In this document: in pieces, positions 58,028 through 64,000 of the stretch | Position numbering within the stretch: the first letter of the stretch is position 1 | How the letters are laid out: each line of letters begins with the position of its first letter | From: Bacteroidota bacterium | Lineage (GTDB): Bacteria; Bacteroidota; Bacteroidia; Bacteroidales; F082 | Length of the DNA: 64,000 nt | Reading direction: 5' to 3' | NCBI GenBank assembly: GCA_003232915.1 | Contig: QIKE01000106.1 | Span: 2,703 to 66,702 of the forward strand | Notes under the pieces: model-generated | The model's input: the letters and a program-made list of their open reading frames with translations, nothing else | Database searches by the model: none | Told to the model about the DNA's origin: nothing | Position numbers and translations under genes: made by a program

Positions 58028-58824
58028 TTATTTTTTGTATTTATTAAGTATTGTGTATATTAGGGCTGTTTTTTCTTTCAATAAATTATCCGGTCCCGTA
58101 TCGGTCGAAAAACGTAGATATGGTTCGGTGTTTGATGGTTTGATATTTAACCACCACTTAAGGCATTCCAAGTTGTGGCCAACGAAATCGTATATTTTTT
58201 TTGGTTTTTCGTTGGCCATAAAATAATCCACAACAGCATTCATAGCTTCCTGTTTTTTGCTAATCATAAAGTTCACTTCACCCGTGTTGAAGTAGGGAGA
58301 AATGAAAGCCATTAGCTTCGAAAGCTTTTTTGCTTGTTTTTTTAATTCCGAAACTATGTTACGGATAATCAAGGAAGCAAGTTTGCCGCAGTCGGAATAA
58401 TAAAAGTCTCTAATGTTTTTTTTCATCGTGATTGTATTTGATTCAACGATTTTTTTCAAACGCTTGGGTCCGTTATCATAACCTACCGGTAACACATTTT
58501 TCCCGGAAAACTTCAACCCGTTATGGTTTTTCGGGTTGTGTGAAGCAGTTATAACCGGGGAGGTATCGAAATTGTATTCGCCTGTTCCCCAGTAAGTCAT
58601 AAGAGTGGTAGTAGCTCCTGTATCTGCCACGTCAACGCCGGCATCGGTAATACCGCCGGCAAGTACATCGAACAATTCATTCGATGACAAATGAATATCA
58701 CGTTCTATCAACATCTCTTTTGCAGGAATTACCTGTGGCAAAAAGTACCTATCCGGTAAACAATATCTTTATAAAGATATTTTCCGTAAATACCTGTAAT
58801 ATCGTTGGCTTCAAATGCTTTCAT
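58028..58824 (-). pseudogene. Phosphomannomutase/phosphoglucomutase remnant with a large internal deletion
   Basis: Start MKAFEANDITGIYG at 58824 is out of frame; ITASHNP..HNGLK and SNTEPYLR retained; DGDGDR loop and central domains absent. Confidence 0.85.
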
Positions 58825-58916
58825 TTTTTCGATTTTTTTACAAAACTACAAGAAATTAGAACGTTTGAAAAGAAATACTGATTTCTCAACTACTTCAACA
58901 ATTTTTAAAACTGCAA

Positions 58917-60314
58917 CTATTTTTTAAACAATCCTTTTTCCTTAATGGTTTTGGCCACTATCATAGGCACATATTTCTCCCATTCGTGGTTGTCTTCCCG
59001 TATCATTTTTAGCACATCGTGAGCTTTTACGTGTAATTGCCTGCTCATATCGCTTTTGATATCCAAAATAAATCGGTTTTTCAAAAGGTATTCATACAAC
59101 AAGCTCACATCTTCGTCCATTTTAATATTTTTTGAATTAACCATATAACTACCATCTTTTTGCAGGGTAGGGTATATGTACAGCTTCATATTTTCGGGAA
59201 ATAGTTTACCTACCGCTTCGAGGATGCCGCCACGCAAGTGTTTATAATATTTTTTATCCATTACTTTTTCAAGTGTAGGTACACCCATCACTATCCGCAA
59301 CTTTTTTAATTTAAACTGCGAAAAAAATTCTACGAGTTTATAATATTCTCTAATGTCCGAAATCATTACATTTTGTCCAATGTCGTTGAGCATATTAACT
59401 CTTTCGAGAAAGTCACCATCGTCAATTTCGCCTTCCGACAGAAGATTGTTGAGCGTTATCTCCGAAAAAGACAATGTATTTTCTTCCCGATAATCTTCAT
59501 CTTTTTCAAAAAGTTCGTGGCTTTTGCGCAAAATATCTCTAGTAATGTAAGTAATAGGACGGAAACTGCCTCTGAAAGCAAGTACATTTTTTTTGTACAA
59601 CATATCCGAGGGTGGTAAAACATTTCCGTGCTTGTCGAACATCATAGCATGTGCCATACCGTTTTTCACCAATTGTACGGCAAGCAAACGGTTGTCAACA
59701 TAATCCAATGCAGGTCCCGACATATGTATCATAGTTATTCTGAAACGATTGCGTGTAAGGTTGTTTGTCAACGATTTTAAAAAAATAACCGGCTCATTAT
59801 GATATTTAAAGCACGCATATAACAAATTTACGCCAAGAATTCCAAGTGTAGTTTGTTGTAGTTGGGCTTCGTTTTCAAGCAACTTAATGTGTATCACTAC
59901 TATGTTAGGCTCTTCGTTGGGATGAAGTTGAAATTTCACTCCCATCCACCCATGGCTATAGTTTGTTTTACTATAGTTAAGCACTTCCACCGTATCGGCA
60001 AAAGCAAAGAAGTTGGTAGCTGTTTTTTTTTTTGAGAGCAAACCAACCAACTCGTGATACTCGTATTTTAGCATCTTCAGTAGGCGGTCCTCCGACACAT
60101 AACGTCCCGATTTATTATCGTTGTAATTTGCATCACTAAAACTTTTGTCGTAAGCCGAAATAGTTTTGGCAATGGTGCCCGAAGCACCTCCTGCAAGAAA
60201 GAAATGTCTAGCAACTTCCTGTCCTCCACCAATTTCGGCAAATGTCCCATAAAAATCACTATCAAGATTAATTTGCAAAGCTTTTCGTCCTGTAGGTATT
60301 ATTTCGTGTTGCAC
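58917..60314 (-). CDS. Conserved cytoplasmic protein, nicotinate-nucleotide adenylyltransferase-like
   Basis: GTFAEIGGGQEVAR.FF.AGGASGTIAKTISAYD N-terminal domain; RGSFRPIT nucleotidyltransferase-like motif. Confidence 0.65.
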   Translation of the reverse strand: MQHEIIPTGRKALQINLDSDFYGTFAEIGGGQEVARHFFLAGGASGTIAKTISAYDKSFSDANYNDNKSGRYVSEDRLLKMLKYEYHELVGLLSKKKTATNFFAFADTVEVLNYSKTNYSHGWMGVKFQLHPNEEPNIVVIHIKLLENEAQLQQTTLGILGVNLLYACFKYHNEPVIFLKSLTNNLTRNRFRITMIHMSGPALDYVDNRLLAVQLVKNGMAHAMMFDKHGNVLPPSDMLYKKNVLAFRGSFRPITYITRDILRKSHELFEKDEDYREENTLSFSEITLNNLLSEGEIDDGDFLERVNMLNDIGQNVMISDIREYYKLVEFFSQFKLKKLRIVMGVPTLEKVMDKKYYKHLRGGILEAVGKLFPENMKLYIYPTLQKDGSYMVNSKNIKMDEDVSLLYEYLLKNRFILDIKSDMSRQLHVKAHDVLKMIREDNHEWEKYVPMIVAKTIKEKGLFKK

Positions 60315-60321
60315 CTGATAA

Positions 60322-62346
60322 TTATTTTTCGTTTAACAATTTTTTTAGCTCTTTATTTTCATCACGCAAACGTGCTGCTTCAATAAAATCAAGTACTTTA
60401 ACGGCCCCCTGCATTTCTTTTTTATTTTTTTCAATAATTTCCAAAATTTGTGGTCGTGTCATATATTGTACAACAGGATCGGCAGCAATAGAAGTTTCCT
60501 CTTTTTCGACATAATAAGTTTTTTCGGATTTCCGTTTGTTGTCAACTACGGCCGTTTGCCCCATTATGGCATCTATTGATTTTATGATTGGAGTAGGAGT
60601 AATGCCATGTTTTTGGTTGTATGCCAATTGCTTGTCACGCCGGCGGTTGGTTTCGTCTATGGTACGTTGCATTGAACCAGTGGTTTTATCAGCATAAAAT
60701 ATTACTTTGCTATTGATATTACGGGCAGCACGACCAGCTGTTTGTGTTAGCGAACGTTCCGAACGCAGAAAACCTTCTTTGTCGGCGTCGAGTATAGCCA
60801 CAAGTGCTACTTCGGGCAGATCAAGGCCTTCGCGTAACAGGTTTACACCTACCAAAACATCGAAATTGCCAAGACGCAAACCACGCATAATTTCTATCCG
60901 CTCAAGTGTATCTACATCCGAATGAATATATCGCGTTCTTACGTCAAGTTTCAACAAATATTTTGTCAACTCCTCTGCCATGCGCTTGGTAAGTGTGGTT
61001 ACCAAAATACGCTGTTGTGTTGCAATGGTTTTGTCAATTTCGTCTAACAGATCGTCAATTTGATTCAGGCTGGGTCTGACCTCAATAACCGGTTCAAGCA
61101 AACCTGTGGGACGTAAAACTTGTTCAACTACAACACCACCAGCATGCTGTAATTCGTAATCGGCCGGTGTAGCACTAACATAAATCACCTGACGCGTAAG
61201 TTGCTCAAATTCATCAAATTTCAAAGGACGATTGTCCATAGCCGAAGGTAACCTGAAACCGTATTCCACTAAATTTTGCTTCCGCGAACGATCGCCACCA
61301 TACATAGCTCTGATTTGCGGAACCGTAACATGACTTTCGTCGATAATAATAACATAATCGTCAGGGAAATAATCAAGAAGACAAAAGGGACGCGATCCTG
61401 GCTTGCGACCATCAAAATAACGTGAGTAATTCTCAATTCCCGAACAATAACCCAACTCACGCATCATTTCCACATCATAAGTTACTCTCTCTTCTAATCG
61501 TTTGGCTTCTTGGTGCTTACCCATTTCTTGATAATAGTCTACCTGCCTTTGCATATCCATCTGTATTTCCACCAGTGCCGATTTCATTTTATCCTGAGAA
61601 GTTACAAAGATGTTGGCTGGATAAATAGTTATCGAATCTTTATTTTCAATACGTCTCCCTTCGAGCGTATCAAGAGTTTCAAGACTTTCAATTTCGTCAC
61701 CCCAAAAGATAATACGGAAAACAATATCGGTATAAGCTGGAAAAACATCTACCGTATCACCTTTTACCCGGAAATTTCCGCGTTTCAACTCAATTTCGTT
61801 GCGTGAATAAAGTGCGTTAACCAAATCACGTAGAAATTTATTGCGACTTATTAATTGGCCTGTATTCAAGTTGATAACATTGTTGGTGCAATCGTCGGGA
61901 TTGCCAATTCCATAAATACACGAAACTGAAGATACTACAACAATATCACGACGTCCCGATAGTAGAGAAGAGGTTGCGCTGAGCCGGAGTTTTTCAATTT
62001 GTTCATTAATAGAAAGGTCTTTTTCAATATAGGTGTTGGTAACGGGAATGTAGGCTTCGGGTTGATAATAATCGTAATAAGACACAAAATATTCCACGGC
62101 ATTTTCAGGAAAAAACTGCATAAACTCACCGTAAAGCTGAGCTGCAAGTGTTTTGTTATGGCTCAAAATCAAGGCCGGACGGCCTACTTCGGACAATACG
62201 TTGGCAATGGTAAAGGTTTTTCCTGAACCGGTAACACCAAGCAATACCTGCGCTTCGTCGCCACGATTTAAGCCTTCAACAAGTTGTTTGATAGCTTCGG
62301 GCTGGTCGCCATTGGGTTTGTATTCCGATGTAAGTTTGAAATTCAT
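60322..62346 (-). CDS. uvrB: Excinuclease ABC subunit B
   Basis: GVTGSGKT, YYDYYQPEAY, DESHVT, LLREGLDLPEV, QTAGRAARN, FIEAARLRD. Confidence 0.98.
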   Translation of the reverse strand: MNFKLTSEYKPNGDQPEAIKQLVEGLNRGDEAQVLLGVTGSGKTFTIANVLSEVGRPALILSHNKTLAAQLYGEFMQFFPENAVEYFVSYYDYYQPEAYIPVTNTYIEKDLSINEQIEKLRLSATSSLLSGRRDIVVVSSVSCIYGIGNPDDCTNNVINLNTGQLISRNKFLRDLVNALYSRNEIELKRGNFRVKGDTVDVFPAYTDIVFRIIFWGDEIESLETLDTLEGRRIENKDSITIYPANIFVTSQDKMKSALVEIQMDMQRQVDYYQEMGKHQEAKRLEERVTYDVEMMRELGYCSGIENYSRYFDGRKPGSRPFCLLDYFPDDYVIIIDESHVTVPQIRAMYGGDRSRKQNLVEYGFRLPSAMDNRPLKFDEFEQLTRQVIYVSATPADYELQHAGGVVVEQVLRPTGLLEPVIEVRPSLNQIDDLLDEIDKTIATQQRILVTTLTKRMAEELTKYLLKLDVRTRYIHSDVDTLERIEIMRGLRLGNFDVLVGVNLLREGLDLPEVALVAILDADKEGFLRSERSLTQTAGRAARNINSKVIFYADKTTGSMQRTIDETNRRRDKQLAYNQKHGITPTPIIKSIDAIMGQTAVVDNKRKSEKTYYVEKEETSIAADPVVQYMTRPQILEIIEKNKKEMQGAVKVLDFIEAARLRDENKELKKLLNEK

Positions 62347-62650
62347 AAATCTGCAACAAAAATAAGTATTTTAACCCAACTAAAGTTTGTGACAGAACAT
62401 AGACACATCGTAAAAATAGCTTTATTATAAATAGCTGAATATCTTTTGAAATGAAGTTGATTAAAATTCGTAAACATTCCATATAGTAATAATAAGCATA
62501 TAAATGTCTCTGCCTGTATAAATTTAACATTGTCGTTTCCGTTTTTGTTTCTGTTTCTTTTTGTTAGTAGGCTGTGAGATATATTTAATGTTTGCTAATA
62601 TACGATATCATTGAATTTGCCTTGCTTTCATTGATTTAAGGAATATATAA

Positions 62651-62678
62651 ATGTCCTATAATATATATTATGTTAAAT
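62651..62678 (+). other. dif-type XerC/XerD recombination site
   Basis: ATGTCCTATAA-TATATA-TTATGTTAAAT; 11-6-11 layout with a XerD arm identical to E. coli dif. Confidence 0.85.
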
Positions 62679-62688
62679 AGTTCTTTTT

Positions 62689-62718
62689 AAAAAAGAAAAG
62701 GGCAAAGCTTACCCTTCC
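62689..62718 (-). terminator. Probable intrinsic terminator after the TPR gene
   Basis: Minus strand AAGGGTAA-GCT-TTGCCCTT followed by TTCTTTTTT, 10 nt past the stop. Confidence 0.55.
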
Positions 62719-62728
62719 CATCATAAAA

Positions 62729-63874
62729 TTATTTCCCTTTTAATTCTTTCAATTTATCAATCATTTTCAAACGTGCATAGGCTTCTTTTAAAGCCTTCAA
62801 AGTAGGAATATCATTCGGGTGCAACTTCAAAGATTTCTCAAGCCACGGTACTGCTTTCTTCAAATTGTCGTTGGCTTCTCCATTAATTTTGTTATATTTT
62901 TTCACAGCATCAAGCGGCAGATCGTTGGCTGTTTTCTGCAATTCCGATGCTTTGTTTACAAAAATTGCACCTATATTGTAATATGCTTCAAAGAAATCAG
63001 GTTTAGCTTTCGCAGCATTCTTATAGTACGTTTCGGCAGAGTCTGTTTTACCCGCATCATCATAACTTTTTCCTATTAAAAAATAGAAGTTTGCATTATT
63101 AATATTTCCGGTATCTTTTGCAATAGCTTCTTTCAGGCTTGATATCAATTTATCCGAGTCACCTTTTTCGAGGTATAATTGAGCCTCTTCGAGCAAAAGT
63201 TTCAGGTTATTGGGATAACGAACTCTCCCTTCTTTCAAAGTTGCCATAGCTTCGGTGGTATCGCCAATTTGTTTAAGTGAACGGCTATAGAACAAATAAA
63301 CTCGGGGATCGTTAAAGTGTTTTTCGATACATTCTTTCAAGTATTTGGCTGCAACATTGGGTTTTTTATCCAATACGGCGCTCATTCCAATGTTGAAAGC
63401 AGCAACAGTATCAAATTGTCCTACGTCTACGGCGACTCGAAAGGCATTTTTAAAAGCCGCAATAGATTTAGCGTAATTTTTCTGGTTAAATCTATATGCC
63501 CCAATTCGGTAAAATACATTGGTTAAATTGTGTAGATTCAAATTGATGTTAGCTTTAAATTTACCTTTTACGTCAAGTTTTTTAGCTTTTTCCAATGATC
63601 TCAAGGCAACGACAGCGGCATTAGTATCCAATTTTTGATAGGCTGCTATCGGTGAGGTAGCAATTTTGTAATAAATAGCTCCTCGGTACAACCAAGTTTT
63701 GGCATCATTTATTGTTTTAGGATGTTTGGCGGCTTTGTCAATAGCTTCCTTAGCTTTATCAAGTTTTCCATCGTTAAAATAAAAATAGGCACTGGTTCTA
63801 ACGCTTTTTTGTGCAAAACTTCCCAAAGTCATAAGTAAAAAAGCCATACTGAAAATAATTCCGATTTTTTTCAT
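62729..63874 (-). CDS. Exported tetratricopeptide-repeat protein
   Basis: Signal peptide; TPRs (AKTWLYRGAIY, YYKNA....PDFFEAYYNIG, AVPWLEKSL.L.P). Confidence 0.88.
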   Translation of the reverse strand: MKKIGIIFSMAFLLMTLGSFAQKSVRTSAYFYFNDGKLDKAKEAIDKAAKHPKTINDAKTWLYRGAIYYKIATSPIAAYQKLDTNAAVVALRSLEKAKKLDVKGKFKANINLNLHNLTNVFYRIGAYRFNQKNYAKSIAAFKNAFRVAVDVGQFDTVAAFNIGMSAVLDKKPNVAAKYLKECIEKHFNDPRVYLFYSRSLKQIGDTTEAMATLKEGRVRYPNNLKLLLEEAQLYLEKGDSDKLISSLKEAIAKDTGNINNANFYFLIGKSYDDAGKTDSAETYYKNAAKAKPDFFEAYYNIGAIFVNKASELQKTANDLPLDAVKKYNKINGEANDNLKKAVPWLEKSLKLHPNDIPTLKALKEAYARLKMIDKLKELKGK

Positions 63875-63982
63875 ATGTTTATAATTTTATAATTAACTGC
63901 TTGTCCGTATTTTAGTTTTGTCACGATTTTTGCTGCCTGCGGGCAAAAATCCCGCCAAAACCGATACTCGTTTTTTCATTCC

Positions 63983-64000
63983 CCCGACTTGAAAGTCGGG
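63983..64000. repeat. GC-rich hairpin cut by the window edge
   Basis: CCCGACTT-GA-AAGTCGGG. Confidence 0.4.

Noticed and set aside
707-63526. Numerous 60-180 aa ORFs antisense to or nested in the long genes
   Set aside because: Shadow ORFs without motifs, fully overlapping well-supported genes.

Overview
AT-rich chromosomal segment from a Bacteroidota (probably Bacteroidales-like) bacterium, judged from T9SS C-terminal domains, TAnnTTTG promoters and DUF4251/DUF2279 genes. From left to right: (1) an ECF sigma / dual-membrane-spanning anti-sigma / two PKD-repeat T9SS cargo module; (2) a GAF-PAS hybrid kinase and recQ; (3) a ~22 kb minus-strand Wzx/Wzy polysaccharide operon with a receiver-fused priming transferase, a half-size TolC-like protein and no visible Wza, a LysM-containing Wzc-like copolymerase with a degenerate kinase domain, and two-component parts at both ends; (4) MFS, TlpA, DUF4251, mbnP-mbnH and a lone ABC permease; (5) tpiA, then an atypical tRNA-His (no encoded G-1, G1:U72, A73) directly upstream of a truncated alphaproteobacterial-type HisRS, then prmA and a 1498-aa unknown protein; (6) a TPR sensor kinase, uvrB and a near-canonical dif site at 62651-62678. 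Four decayed genes (mtfA-like, hisS, Ldh_2 family, phosphomannomutase) lie between 43 and 59 kb. The strongest leads are the tRNA-His/HisRS pair and the signalling-wired polysaccharide system. All calls come from reading motifs by eye; no database searches were run.
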